A stretch of DNA of 64,000 nucleotides from the human T2T-CHM13v2.0 reference genome, Homo sapiens (GCF_009914755.1 NC_060934.1), one strand, 5' to 3'; numbered from the stretch's first letter, positions 42,370 through 58,004 are shown. Numbers and translations are program-made. The notes: generated from the sequence alone by a model not told the origin.

Positions 42370-42755
42370 TTTTTTATTTTTAATTTTCAAAATTGTAAAA
42401 TATACATAACATAAACTTTATCATTTTCACTGCTTTTAAGTATATACAGTTCTGTGGTGTTTAAATACATTCACAGTGTTGAACCCCATCACCACTGTCC
42501 ATTTCCAGAGCTTTTTCATCACTCCAAACGGAAACTCTGTACCCATTCAGCAATAACTTCCCATTCTCTTTCCCCTCCGTCTCTGGCAACCTCTGTTCCA
42601 CTTTCCTTCTGTATGAATTTGACTACTCTAGGTGCCTTATAGAAGCAGAATCACATAATATTTGTTCTTTTGGAACTGGCTTATTTCACTTCACATAACG
42701 TCCTCAAGGTTCATCCGCAATAATGCTGCTGTGAACATGGGTGTGCAAGGATCTG
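42370..42755 (-). mobile_element. L1MB-like 3' fragment
   Basis: tatacataacataaactttatc...tatgaatttgactactctaggt...ctcaaggttcatcc. Confidence 0.8.
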
Positions 42756-43000
42756 AGTGAGTCCTGTGGTTGGTTGTAAGAGGTCTTTTGGAGTAGAGCC
42801 ATCAGAATGCCCTGATTGGTGGAAACACAGGCTGGAGCAGAATGACTCCTGGGTTTCTGGCTTAGTGGCCGTGGTGGCTTATATTAAGTTGGGGAAGAAC
42901 TTGTAAAGTGCTCTGCAAACACCAGATAGTATTTTATTCAGAATTGTTTTAAGGAGTTATCAGCCATGAAATTATCCTAATAAAGGCATGAAAACCTCCC

Positions 43001-43333
43001 TTTATTTATTTATTGAGACAGGGTTTCACTCTGTTACCCAGGCTGGAGTGCAGTTGGCGTGATCTCGGCTCACTGCAACCTCTGCCTCCGGGGTTCAAGT
43101 AATTCTCCCACCACAGCCTCCTGAGTAGCTGGGACTACAGGTGCATGCTACCACACTTGGCTAATTTTTGCATTTTTAGTAGAGACGGGGTTTCACCATT
43201 TTGGCCAGGCTGGTCTCGAACTCCTAAAGTCATGTGATCCACTGGCCTCGGTCTCAAGCTCCTGGCCTCAAGTGATCTGCCTACCTTGGCCTCCCAAAGT
43301 GCTGGGATTACAGGCGTGAGCCCCCGTGCCCAG
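43001..43333 (-). mobile_element. Alu with internal ~38-bp duplicated segment
   Basis: Alu consensus; B-box region appears twice (43212-43249, 43250-43289). Confidence 0.92.
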
Positions 43334-43417
43334 CAAAAACCTCTCTTTAAAGAGTCATGCACCTGGGGCCTGGGCATGCAGGTTTCCATACCCCTTCCAT
43401 AACTGCCTGATTGGAAT

Positions 43418-43640
43418 GAGCAGTTGGCAAACTATGGCCCACAGACCAAATCCGGCTCACCACCTGGTCTTATATGTCCTAGAGCTAAGAATAGTTTTCA
43501 CATTTCAAAATATAAAATGTGGGGGAAAAAAAGACGATGTAGCCCTTCACCTAGAACAGTTGCTGAATTTTGCCTCTTGGCCCCACAGAGCCTAAAACGT
43601 TGACTGTCAGGCTCTTTGTAGAAGTTTGCTGACCTCTGAC
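43418..43640 (+). mobile_element. MER58-like hAT MITE
   Basis: gttggcaaactatggcccacagaccaaatcc ... aagtttgctgacctctg TIRs. Confidence 0.75.
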
Positions 43641-43743
43641 CTATGTTTATTGGTTTGGCTCAGACAGACGATAGTGTGGTATCTTCTTCTGGAAATAAAA
43701 CAAAAAACAAAACTCCTCCTCACCACTGCTGACCTACTTCTGT

Positions 43744-43774
<31 letters not shown>

Positions 43775-43789
43775 CTGATGAGCACCTGC

Positions 43790-44230
43790 TGGTTATAGGA
43801 GACCGCAAGCCAGACCACCCACCCTGAAGGCCTCTCCGGCCACCGCCCGCCCGTTAACAGCCCCAGTCAGCTGAGCCGGTGAAATGGATTCATGCCAGCA
43901 CAGTGCTGTTTACCAGAGCAAGTGATTTATTTAGCATCTAAATTTTAAAGGGTGCCTGTGCTTCCCAGGAAGCTGTCTGGTTTAGAAAATTGCCCATAAT
44001 AAATGCATGTAATAAATCCATTATTTTGAACCTAAAGAAAGGTATTCAAGTTTTATAAGAGAAAAGCAGTTTCTCCTCATCCTCGCTAAATACGTGTTGT
44101 GTAAATAATTACAAACAATGGTTTGAATGGGTGCTAAATTATCAACTTGCCAAAATGCAATCATGGCTCTTATTATTCCAATTAATCATGCAAACATCCA
44201 CTAGCTGGTTTCTCCCTAGTGAGGCCTCCC
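43790..44230. promoter_or_regulatory. Candidate developmental enhancer / conserved non-coding element
   Basis: AT-rich unique island with FOX, PBX-HOX, SOX and homeodomain motifs; motif evidence only. Confidence 0.45.
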
Positions 44231-44896
44231 CCATTCCTGAATAACCTAAGAATCCACGGTGCTTTGTGTCAGAAGACTTTGGAGAGAGCCGCCCCTTCGC
44301 TCAGGGTTTTTAGCTGTCGGACCCAGCCCTGGGCACTCCTGGGCCTCCTCATCTGCTGCTGCAGGGATGCCTTGGCCTGGTAGGCTGTGAGCCTGCCCCA
44401 TTCTCATGTTCTTGAAGTTCTAGTTATTTTAGTTCATGCTTACTTTGCTCCCGAGGGGCTGAGTCCTAAGAGGTAGTGAGCTTCGATCCCAAGCCATGTC
44501 CCTTCCCTGGGACTTCCAGGCCAGGGATGAGGCTTAGATCCACGATGCTATGTCCTGAAATGTGGATGTCACCACATCCATCTTCGAGGGTGCTGGGATT
44601 GGGCAGGGCATTCTTCCAGGAAACTTTTTGGTCTCCTGGAAATTTGCAAATTTACCCACCTGCTCCTCTGGAATTACTTCTGTGTACCAAGGGAGATTGG
44701 GCGTGGTGATCTTTGTCAGGCCATAGGAGGTCCTGGGCAATGAGTGTCTACTTGCCTCACCTTTACATAACCAAGAGAGGTTCCCAGGAGTCTCTTCCTC
44801 CAGCTGAGAATATTGGTGGTGCCTGGCGTGTTGCTGGTTCACCTAGTTGAAGTGGCCAGAAGCCTCGGTCCTGCAAAATTTATGCATTCAACAGTG

Positions 44897-45191
<295 letters not shown>

Positions 45192-45362
45192 ACATTCAAC
45201 AAGTGTTTATGCAGCACCTCCCGTGTGCTGGGCACTGTCCTGGGCAGTTGGGATATGCCAGTGACCAGTGTGCAAAACAAAGGTCCCTGCCCTCTGAGGC
45301 TACATGGTGATGTATAAAGCTCTGTTCTTGAATACAGCACAGTGCTGGGGGACCCAGATTGC

Positions 45363-45364
<2 letters not shown>

Positions 45365-45402
<38 letters not shown>
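45365..45402. repeat. (TG)n microsatellite (~19 units)
   Basis: Read directly. Confidence 0.97.
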
Positions 45403-45406
<4 letters not shown>

Positions 45407-46484
45407 TGTCCAGGACACTGGAAAGGCTTCCCATAAGAGGAGGCATTTGATGGGGTTTTGAATGCTGAGCGGGATTCACCAAGGCCCACAGAGGTAGAGC
45501 TGGGGAAGGGCACCCATGCCTGAAGGTCTGGAAGTGGGCGGGAGCTGCGCAAATTCAGGCTTGGAAGAACCATGTGGCAGGAGCCAGGAATACTCTGGGA
45601 GAGCAGTTTGCCCATAGAATTCCCAGTTTCTTGCAAATAAATTAGCTCCAGGAGGGGCCACTCAGGGGAAAAGGTGGCTGTAGGGTGGGCTGGGGCCCAA
45701 CTCTAAGGGGCTTTGAATGCTTTGCAAAAGGGGTTGATCTGTGTATTTGTAGCCTCATCCTTAGGGCCCCCAGCAGTGGACAACTCTAGGGGGTGGCATC
45801 ACAGAGGCCTCAAGACGAGTGGCACCCCATATGGTTGGGTCCTGCCCCCTTCCCAACCACTGGTTCCCGATCTCCCCCAGTATGCTCTCCAAGGGCTGGC
45901 TCTGTGGGTGCATGTTAGAGAGGAGCATCCTGACTCGCTGTCTCATCCCCACCTGTTCTAGAGATCACATTGAATAACTTTTCTCCTTCTTAGGTGCTGC
46001 GTGCTGCACCTCCTGATTTAGGACCAGAATTCATTAGCACCTGTTTTGGGCACCTCCAAGGGTGGGGACGATTCCCCTGGGTCTGTCTTCTTAGTTCAAA
46101 GCAATTCTTTGTGTGCAGTGTTCCTAACTGTGGACTCGACCCCCACATTTGAGTTTCTGAAACAGCAGCAGGTGGGAGTTGAGGGCAGAGGTCATCAAGA
46201 TTGGCCCTTGGACCACGTGAACCTGCATCATCCTGTTGGAAATGCAGATCTCCAGCTCAGATCTGCCGAGTTTGAATCTCTAGGAAGGGGGCCTGGAGTC
46301 GGTTTTTGGAATGTGTTTCTCAAGCATTTCTTAATGTATGTCAAAGTTTGAAGACTACTATATATGAGAGCAGCTCCTTAACATTTTGGGAGCTGGGGCT
46401 AGGTCTCCTTGATTGGATGCATGCATTTAGCCTTCAGAGATAATGGGATCTGGGCTCAGCTGGCCTCTGCCTGATGTGGTCTAG

Positions 46485-47157
<673 letters not shown>

Positions 47158-47379
47158 GAATCTTTCTTATTTGAAACTAAATCTCCTTCCCCGAGATTTC
47201 TACCCTGTGGTTCTGGTTCTGCCCACTGGAGTCAGACCAAGTAAACCCAGTGTGTCTTCCAGATGGCACCCCCGCAGACATCTGCAGGCTGCTGTCATAT
47301 CAAGATCCCTGGATTTTTTGACCAGTTTTTATCTATTATGATCTCTAGACACTTTACTCTCCTGGGCACTCCCTTGAAT

Positions 47380-47690
47380 GATGACTCTGTGCTATGTGCT
47401 TTCTATGTATTCTTATTTAACCCTCCCCGCATCCCAATAAGGTTGGCTTTATTTTCCCCATTTTACCTGAGCAAAGGTAGGTCCAAAGAGGTGAAGAGAC
47501 TTTCCTAAGGTTACATGACTAGTTTGTGCCAGATCTGGGATTTAAACCTAAGGTCAGCTAGACACCAAAGCCAGAGTGCTATTATGACCCCCATTTTACA
47601 GACAGGGAAACTGAGGCTTAGAGAAGTCAAGGACCTACCTAAATCACACCACAGCAAGTGACAGAGCTGGGATATGACTCCAGAGCCTAC
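47380..47690 (-). mobile_element. Two tandem MIR fragments
   Basis: cccattttacagacagggaaactgaggcttagagaagt core. Confidence 0.7.
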
Positions 47691-47695
47691 ATTAC

Positions 47696-47993
47696 TTTTT
47701 TGGAGACGGGAATCTCACTGTCGCCCAGGCTGGAGTGCAGTGGCATGATCATAGCTCACTGTAACCTAATCTCAACCTCCTGGACCCAAGGGATCCTCCT
47801 GCTTCAGCCTGCCAAGTATCTGGGGCTACAGGTGCATGCCACTATGCCTGGCTAAGTTTTTATAAAAAAAAATTTTGTAGATATAGGGTCTTGTTATATT
47901 GCCCAGGCAATATAACAATTCCTTGCCTCAAGTTTTCCTCCTGACTTAACCTCCCAAGCAACTGGGATTACAGGTGTGAGCCACTATGCTTGG
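47696..47993 (-). mobile_element. AluJ containing a 13-bp perfect inverted repeat
   Basis: Alu consensus; inserted in a MIR. Confidence 0.9.
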
Positions 47994-48342
47994 CAGAGCC
48001 TGCATTCTTAATCATGATGACAAATACTGCCTTCCCACCTAGTAATCATGCCTATATCAGGGGCTTCGCTGCTGAACACAAGGGCTGCTAAGCACATAGT
48101 TAGCAGCCAAAAGAAATATTGGATAATAGGATTATTGATATTATTATTAGAGATTGACACTGTTCCCACCTAATATGACATATATATATATGGACAAATA
48201 TACCTGTCTTATATCAAAGGGAATTTTTTTTTAACTTGACATACTGTAAGATGACCAAAATTGCTGTTGCTTGGGTGGGTGCAGGAAGATATTTCAAACC
48301 ATCCTTGGGAGTGACTGGTACCATTCAATACCATCAGTAGTG

Positions 48343-48498
48343 TTTTTTTAGCTTTTTAAATTAAAAAATACATATTTTTGTAGAGACAGGGTTTTGCTAT
48401 GTTGCCCAAGCTGGTCTTGAACTCTTGAGCTCAAGCAATCCTCTCACCTCAGCCTCCCAAAGTGCTGGGATTATGGGGGCGAGCCACCACACCTGGCC
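48343..48498 (-). mobile_element. FLAM / Alu left monomer
   Basis: Monomeric Alu consensus. Confidence 0.85.
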
Positions 48499-48619
48499 TA
48501 CCAGAAGTGTTTACTGAGTACCTAGCACAGGCCCAGATGCACAGGGCCCCTGAATCAGATCCTATAGCTGTCAATTCACAGTCAAACCTCCTTCCTTGTA
48601 GACTGAAAGAGATTTTGTT

Positions 48620-49130
48620 CTGGTATCAGGTAACTGTGTTTCATGACCCCTTCTCCAGCTCCAAAGGCCATATATTAATAAGCCCATACCATTTGTCTTA
48701 TCTCTGATTACATATATTTCCAGTCCTCTTGCTAGTGGTTGCCTTAGGTCTGGGCATGTGATAGGTATTCAGCGGTCTAACAATTGGCCAATGAGTCATC
48801 AGGAGATGTGTGCATCGAGAGAGCAATGGGAAAATTGTAGTGGCTTTTAAGGCAAGGCGTACAAAGGCCTCTTCCTGTCTTTTGGATATTATTGCGTGAG
48901 AATGAGATGTTTGTCACTGTCACAGGCCTCTATGACCGGGTTGGGTAAGCCCAGAGAATGCCAGAAAAGGTGACCCGAAGCCCTGATTTTGTTGCGCCAC
49001 TGAATTAACATAATCTGGATGTCCCCTGCCTCCAGGCTTCTTGTATGAGATTATAAGTGTCCTTATTACATAAGCTACTTTCAGTTGGGCATTCTGATAC
49101 TTGCAGCCAAAAGCATAACCTAAATGCTTA
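48620..49130 (+). mobile_element. MaLR (MLT1-like) LTR
   Basis: gggcatgtga...ggccaatgag; ends ctgatacttgcagccaaaagcataacctaa. Confidence 0.6.
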
Positions 49131-49292
49131 TGGTCCCTAAAGAGCTTACAGGGCTCCTGGGGAGATAAGGAACACACTCAGGTATCATTAGGTCACCATA
49201 TGGCAGCAGGAGGTAACAGCACCAACCACACAGTGACAGGCAGGACATTAGGAGAGAAGGGTGAGATCTGGGAGAAGGAAGAGGGGAGGTGA

Positions 49293-49627
<335 letters not shown>

Positions 49628-50879
49628 TAGAACTTGGGCTTTGAAACCTGCCTCTACCGCTTACTGGCAGTGAAGCCTTGGGAAACGGACTTAACCTCTC
49701 TTGGCCCCAGTTTCCTCATCTGTCAAGTGGGGATAATACTAGGGGCTAAATCATGGGGCTTTGTGAGGATTTGAAAAGCCATTGAGCATGGTGCTTGGTA
49801 CATGGCAAACTCTCAAATGAAAGCCATTGTGATGATTACTCTGGAGACATGAACCACTGTGAGGACCCTGGCTGCAGCCTCAATCCTGCCACCTGTCCCG
49901 AACCAGCTGAAGCACTTTCCTCCCGCTGCAGGTGCAGGCTCAGGTGGGCATGAAGAAACTCTTTAGCAAAGATCTTCCTCCAGGATGCTTCTACTTCTTC
50001 TTGCTTGTGCTATGCTCTTGTTCTATGTGGTTCTGGACGTCAGGGCTCAGCTCTGACCTGGTACCCAGACTTCAGGCTTCCTATTGAACCTAAATTGGTC
50101 CCTAGAATTGTGTCTTTTTTCTAGCCATGAATTTGGGCTCCCTGGTCTTGAAGATCTTGAGCTACCCTTTTTGACCCGCCCCAGTTTGATGCTCTGAGGG
50201 TGGAACCTCCTTGCTGATAAGTTGGCTCACAGGTGGCTGTGGATTGGTGCTTCTCCAGCTTCTGCCTGAGAGCACCCCTGGAGACAGAGGCGTGTGAACA
50301 CCATTCAAGTCAGCTACGAGTGAGAAGGGTGTCTAAAGCCTTGTGTCTGATCTTTAATTCATGTGGATTTTGCAGCACTTCCTGACTTGAACAAGTCATT
50401 ATAATATAAAAAGTTTAAGATAATTTACCATCAGGAAAGAATACAAAGAGTGGCTGCCCTATTCATTAATGCATGGGATGCAGCTGCAAAGCATCTAGCT
50501 ATTTTTTTTGTATTGCACTGAATTGAAAAGAGATCACATTGCCTCGCAGATTAGCTTTTCTCCTCTGTCCAAGGTTACAGTATGTTAAAAACCCAGGTCC
50601 ATGTAACTCTGTGGCTATAAAGGGCAACAGTTCTTTGTATGGCAGCTTCAGGTAATCGCCGATGAGAGACATCTGGAATACCACCAGAGCAGTGGGCCCG
50701 TGTAGCATGTCCAGCCTTCTGTTGGCAGGCTGGATAGCCTGGGAAATGATGAGAATACTCTCCCTGACCTGGTGAAGCTGCAGAACTCTGTCTCTTGCCA
50801 CCCTCCAGGTCTTCAACCAGCCGGCCCCTGCTTCTTCAACCTGCTCTCATTCATGTGACTTGAATCCTGCAGCCTGTAT

Positions 50880-51740
<861 letters not shown>

Positions 51741-52295
51741 TTTCTAATTTCCCATGTCACCCTCAACTTCTCAGGCCCACCCCTGGCCTGCCTGAAGAGC
51801 CTCAGGAGAATGCCCCCTTCTTTGTCAGACCCTCTTTGTAGCTATTGAGGCCCTCTTCGTACTTTGTTTTGAAATCTGTCATAGGGAAGACATGTCCTCT
51901 TTCGTCAAATCTCACAGAATTGCGTTCTGTGCCAGTCTGTAGGTGACAAATGACTGAGATAGAGACAGCTCTCACCCCGGCACATCTCAAAGACTACTGT
52001 CTCTGCGAACAGAGATTGTTCTGAAGAAAAGGCTGATCATTAGCCCCCCACCACAAAATTATTCCCCAAATCAAGTTTGGGTAAAATGACTATCCCTAGT
52101 AATTGGCCATTTTTATAGACAGTTCCGCGCATTCGCATTGCTTTCGAATGCAGGGTGGCCTAGGAGGGGCACGCTTTCTTCTGCAGGTAGAAGGAAGGGC
52201 ACAGACTTGGGAGCCCAGGTTTGAGTCCTAGCACTGACAGTGTGACCTGGGGCAAGTCCTTGAACTTCCCTGGGCCTCTATTTATGTCCCTCTGA

Positions 52296-53063
<768 letters not shown>

Positions 53064-54427
53064 TAATCAGGATATGGATGGTTTCCATCACTCCAGAGGG
53101 TTCCCCATGCCCCCACCCGCTTCCCCCATCAACCCAGCTTGTGCTCACATCATGCAGCAGCTGCCACTGAACTTCACATGGGGCGGGTATTATATACCAT
53201 GTGCTTTACATTGTTCCCTTAGGACTTTCACGTCTTTTTCTGATCAGTTTTAAGCAGCCTCTCAGCCCTTCTTCTGATGGGCTGGGCTCCTCCCTCCTGG
53301 CACATCACTGGTGACTGTCTACTGTCATCTCCTGAGGTGGCAGAAGCCTCAGATGTACCTCCCTTGGCAGGGTGTGTCCTGGGATATTCCTGCGGGCACC
53401 GAGACCAGGCCTTTGCTCCCAGGGGCGGCTCTGTGGCTTTGCTGGCTCTTGCATTGCAGGGCTTGGAGGAGCTGGGAATGGGCCGGGGACGGGGTGCCCT
53501 GGGCAAAGGTTTCTGAGAAGTGGCCTGAAGTCAGGCCAAGCTGGGGGGCTTTAGAGAGGGAGTGGATAAAGCTACAGACCCAAGAGAGGTCTGCACAATG
53601 GGGGGTGCTCACAGAACACCCACAATGTTAGAAGTGGCAGTTAAGTGTGGGGTGGTGAATTAGGCATTAGCTTGGCCCTCTACTGAGAATGACGGAGGAC
53701 AGACCCCACCCCTGCTGACAAGGCTGACCTTAGGTGTGGTATGGTGGGAAGTCGCCCTTCCCTACAAAAATATCCCTTTCGCCTGCCTGCCAACACCATG
53801 TGTTCACTCACTTGTTCATGTCAGGGGTATTTCCTGGGACCCCGGGGATGCAGGCAGGCAATGTGCTAACGCCAACTGTGTGAGGATGCCCACAGGCAGG
53901 GCCTCTCATCCCGCGGGCCCACTTCCTAGACAGGCTGCTAACGGGTGGCCCACAGGCCAGATTGGGACCTTGGATGTGCTGGCTTTGGCTCCCATAGTTT
54001 AAAAACCTGGAAATTGCCTATAAAAACTAGATTCCTGACTTCTCCTGACAAATCAGGAGATCTGGCAACCCCAGCCTGCTACACAGCAGCAGGTAGGAGT
54101 GGGCACGGCACGCTTTCTCCAGTTTGCTACAGTACCTACCATCCCTCTGGCCTCATACCTGCTGGCCTAGGTATGTACATTTCTGCTACTACAGAAATGT
54201 AGATATCTCTGCTAATTTGAATGGATGGGAAGAGTTGGTGAAGGCCTCACAGGAGAGGCAGTGAGGCTTGGTCACCGGTTGGAGGGTGCCTGTCCAAACC
54301 TACTCAGGCTCTTCCTCTTGAGGGTGATGCTCTTCTCGGCAGATGCTCCCTGGAGAGGATGATAGTGTGGGGGAGGGGGAATGGGCAGGAGAGCAAGATG
54401 CTGAGATATTATCCCACCAAGGCCCAG

Positions 54428-54560
54428 CGTAGTGGTTCTCAAAGTATGGACTACCTGGATTAGGATCACCTGGGGGTGTTGGTTCAAAATGCAGCCCCAC
54501 TGCAGCAGAGCCTGGAGGGAAGGTCCCCAGGTGATGCCCTGCTCACTCAAGTATGAGAAA
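54428..54560. mobile_element. MER5A-like MITE
   Basis: agtggttctcaaagtatgg...atcacctggg...aaatgcag. Confidence 0.6.
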
Positions 54561-55321
54561 AGGAGGCCGGGGCTTAGCAGGCCATGGGTCTGACACAAAC
54601 TGTGTTTTCTAGGGCAAGACTGGGGACCCAACTCCTCCTTCTAGTCCCCTGATGGAGTCTTGTTTTGGACACCCTGCTTCCGGGCACAGCTGGGGCCCCC
54701 ACCAAGCTGAGGGCATGAGAATCATCTTCTCCAGCCTTCTGGCTCCTGCACCTGGAGGAAAGGTCATGCTTGGCCTTGCCAAGTCTTTTCATTTTCCAGA
54801 ATCTTTGAACTGCCACCCAGGCAGTGGGCCAGCTGTGAGAAATGGGATGGTGGCTGGCTGGCTGGTAAGGGACACCTTGTCTCCTCTTCCCTTTGATGGG
54901 TGTGCTTGCCTCTCAGCCAGGTGGCCTGACAGTTGCTGGGCTCTGGCCAGGGGGCTGGAATCATGGCCCTTTGTAGGTAAGGAGGGGCAGGGGTAGGGAG
55001 GCACCCTCGTGGTGGCCAGGGCGTACGTAAGGAGGCGCTTATGCTCAGGTTCTTGAAGTGGCCCAGCAAGAGAGCATTTCCTTAATAATGAGGTTCCTGG
55101 GGAGCAAAATATGGGAGGCCCTCATTCTCAGGGTGGTGAAGGGCCCACTCCCCACCCACTCCTGCCAGAACTTGAGAATGCGGGCTCCCTAAATGTCCCA
55201 CTCTCCCAAACTTGTCTGGTCCTGCATCCTGGTTACTGCACTCAGGGAGCCCGAGGGATGTGCTGGGATTGCAGGTGAAGGAGAGGGTGGGGCAGGCAGA
55301 GCATTCAGGACCTCTCACACC

Positions 55322-55500
55322 AGACCATGGCTTCTCAACCCCAGCTGCACACAGGAAGCCCCCGGGAAGCTTTAACATTTCCTGATGCCAGGACCCCATC
55401 CCCAGAGATTTGGATTTAATGAATCTGGGGTGCAGCTGGTGTTGGGATTTTTAAAACTCCCCAGGGGATTCTAATGGGCAGCAAACTTTGAAAACCTCTG
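55322..55500. mobile_element. MER5B-like MITE
   Basis: cttctcaaccccagctgcac...ttttaaaactccccaggggattctaatg...ttgaaaacctctg. Confidence 0.7.
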
Positions 55501-55605
55501 ATCTGGATGGAGCAGGGAGGGTGTTGTTTATGGGTTTTCCTTCCATCTGTTTTAGTTGGAAGCAACAGACCGACAAGCAGGACACAGACTTCTAAGGGTA
55601 ATGCT

Positions 55606-55896
55606 GTTTTTTTTTTTCTTTGAGATGGTGTCTCACTCATTCCGATTGTACAGTGGCATAGTCTTGGCTCACTGCAACCTCCGTCTCCCAGGTTCAAGTG
55701 TTTCTCCTGCCTCAGCCTCTCGAGTAGCTGGGATTACAGGTGCTCACCACCACGCCTGGCTAATTTTTGTATTTTTAGTAGAGACGGGTTTTCACCATGT
55801 TGGCCAGGCTGGTCTCGAACTCCTGAGCTCAGGTGATCTGCCCGCCTTGACCCCCCAAAATGCTGGGATAACAGGAGTGAGCCACCGTGCCCGGCC
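55606..55896 (-). mobile_element. AluS
   Basis: Near full-length Alu. Confidence 0.93.
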
Positions 55897-56480
55897 TGGG
55901 TAACACTTTTGCTGGTAACACCAATAGCTGAATGCTGTTGTCAACATTCAACAAGGTGAATGGACTATGAGGAGGACGGAAAGAAGCCTAAGATTCAAGC
56001 TCCCAATCTGTGCCACATGCATCATGTTTGCCACTTAACGGTCAGTCCTGGGAGTTTACAGATGAGGAGCTTGAGTCTTGGCCAGGCTAAGGACTTTGCC
56101 TGCGCCTCACAGCTGTGGAATTGTAGAGCCTTAAATGAAATTGATGTGTGACAAGGTGCTGGTAGGAATGAAAGTCCTTCCTGTTGCTTTCAGATTGATT
56201 TTCTAAATAAAGTATTTCTGGAGTCAGCTGGTGGAGGAGAGGGCTTGGGAAAGAACTGGGCCCCGACTCCTCTCTGCCTGCAAGATAGAGGGTGGGGAGG
56301 AGCTGAAGGCTATTTTAGGCCCCGTCCCCCATCAGATTCTGTCGGAATCTGGCCTCAGCCAGCTGCCTCAAGTGATTTTAAGGAAAAATACCTCTCCCTC
56401 TGCTTAAAGACAAATAGATCCCTGAACGTAAAGTGAGTTGACTAGTGTGATAAAAACGGGCCTCCTCCTTGCCTCCAAAT

Positions 56481-56487
<7 letters not shown>

Positions 56488-56518
<31 letters not shown>

Positions 56519-56538
56519 ATGCACACATACACACACTC
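56488..56538. repeat. (CA)n microsatellite
   Basis: Read directly. Confidence 0.95.
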
Positions 56539-57064
56539 AGAGTTACCGCAATTCCACCACCTAGGTGATTAGATTGAGCCAGAAAATACTCATGGGAGGG
56601 TAAGTGGGGAGACAATTCCATCTGTTACAGCATATTATAGGTTACAGAGTACTTTTATAGGGGGCTGATCCTACATTCTCAGCAGACCTATGCATCCTGC
56701 TAGACAGCAAACACCGTGGGGAATATGCCACAGAGGCTTCTGTAGATGCAAAGAGAGAGCATTTAAGGTGAGGCTTGGAAGATGCTGAAAGTTGCTCTTT
56801 AATGGGTAACTTTATGCAAAAGAATTGTCCCACTGGCTTCCAAAGCAGTAACAATGCTGTGAGCAGCTTTTTGCTGTGGTGACAAAAGTTCACTTTCTCC
56901 TACTGAGAGTGGTTTCTGCATTCTCAGTTGGTTCATGCAGGAGCAGTGGGCCAGGGAAGAGAGCACCAGGGCTGGTTGGATTCCTGCCTGTCCACTTATG
57001 GGCTCCCTCACCTTGGGTGAGGGGATTAGCCTCTGAGTCCTGGTTTCCTCCTATGCATGTTGGG

Positions 57065-57530
57065 GGCTTCTGCTTCTGGCCAAGACAGGGTAGCAGGGAC
57101 TGGATTTATACTCCTGCCTGAAACAATTTTTAAAAAACAGACAGAACATATGAAATAATGGTTTTCAAGACACTAGACATTAGGCTACAAGATTCAGGGG
57201 TCCCACAGAGCTCTATGGTTGTCTCTGCTTACTACCTGGAGAGTGTTTTCGGCCACAACCCAGAGAGGGGGAACTCGGGCCAGGTGGGGAGAAATGGAAG
57301 TAAATTCTGTAAATGTAAGGTTCTTATACTCGATGTGAAGTGGCACAACATCACTTGAAGGTAAATTGTGAAAAGGTCAAGATGTGTACTATAAACACTA
57401 AAGCAACTGCTAAAATAGCAGAGTTACAGCTGCTAAGCCAATAAAGAAGATAAAATGGAATAATCAAAAATAGTCCAAAAGAAGGCAGAAAAGGGGAAAA
57501 AAATAGATGGAACAAATAGAAAACAACCTG
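57065..57530 (+). mobile_element. Old L1M fragments
   Basis: gaaataatggttttcaagacactagac; aaacactaaagcaactgctaaaa; gatggaacaaatagaaaacaa. Confidence 0.55.
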
Positions 57531-58004
57531 GGGCTATGCCAGGTTCCCCTGCCTCTCCTCCTTGGAGTCAGGAGGTCCCAGCCCTGCCTCCAAGCCACAC
57601 TGAACCTTGGTTTTCTCATCTGAAGAATGGGATAGCAGTTCTGACCTCTCAGGGATATCCGAGGGTTCCTCGGGAGTGTGGTGCCTGGTGCAGGATGGCT
57701 GCTTTCCCTCTTCTGTCTGCCTGGCCCAGCTCCTGCCTCTGCGCTCCTCTCCCCTCTCTTACTTGGGGGTGCTTTTCTCCCTTGGACTGCCCCTGCCTCT
57801 CCAAGGCCTTCTGGGAGCCAAGTGGCTTGGCCCTGCCAGTGGGCAGGTTGAAGATTTTTCCTTCAAGACCCTCGAAGGCCAGGTGGTCAGGGGTTGGGGG
57901 GCATGAAAGTTGAGTGAGACTAAGCTTTTTGCTTTTGTTTTTGTTTTTATTATTTTTAATGTTTCATTGTGGTTTTTTTTGTTTGTTTGTTTGTTTTTTT
58001 TTTT

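Noticed and set aside
50499-50816. 105-aa minus-strand ORF with protein-like composition
   Set aside because: Non-ATG start and no family I can recognise; a BLASTP/tBLASTn hit would be needed to call a pseudogene.
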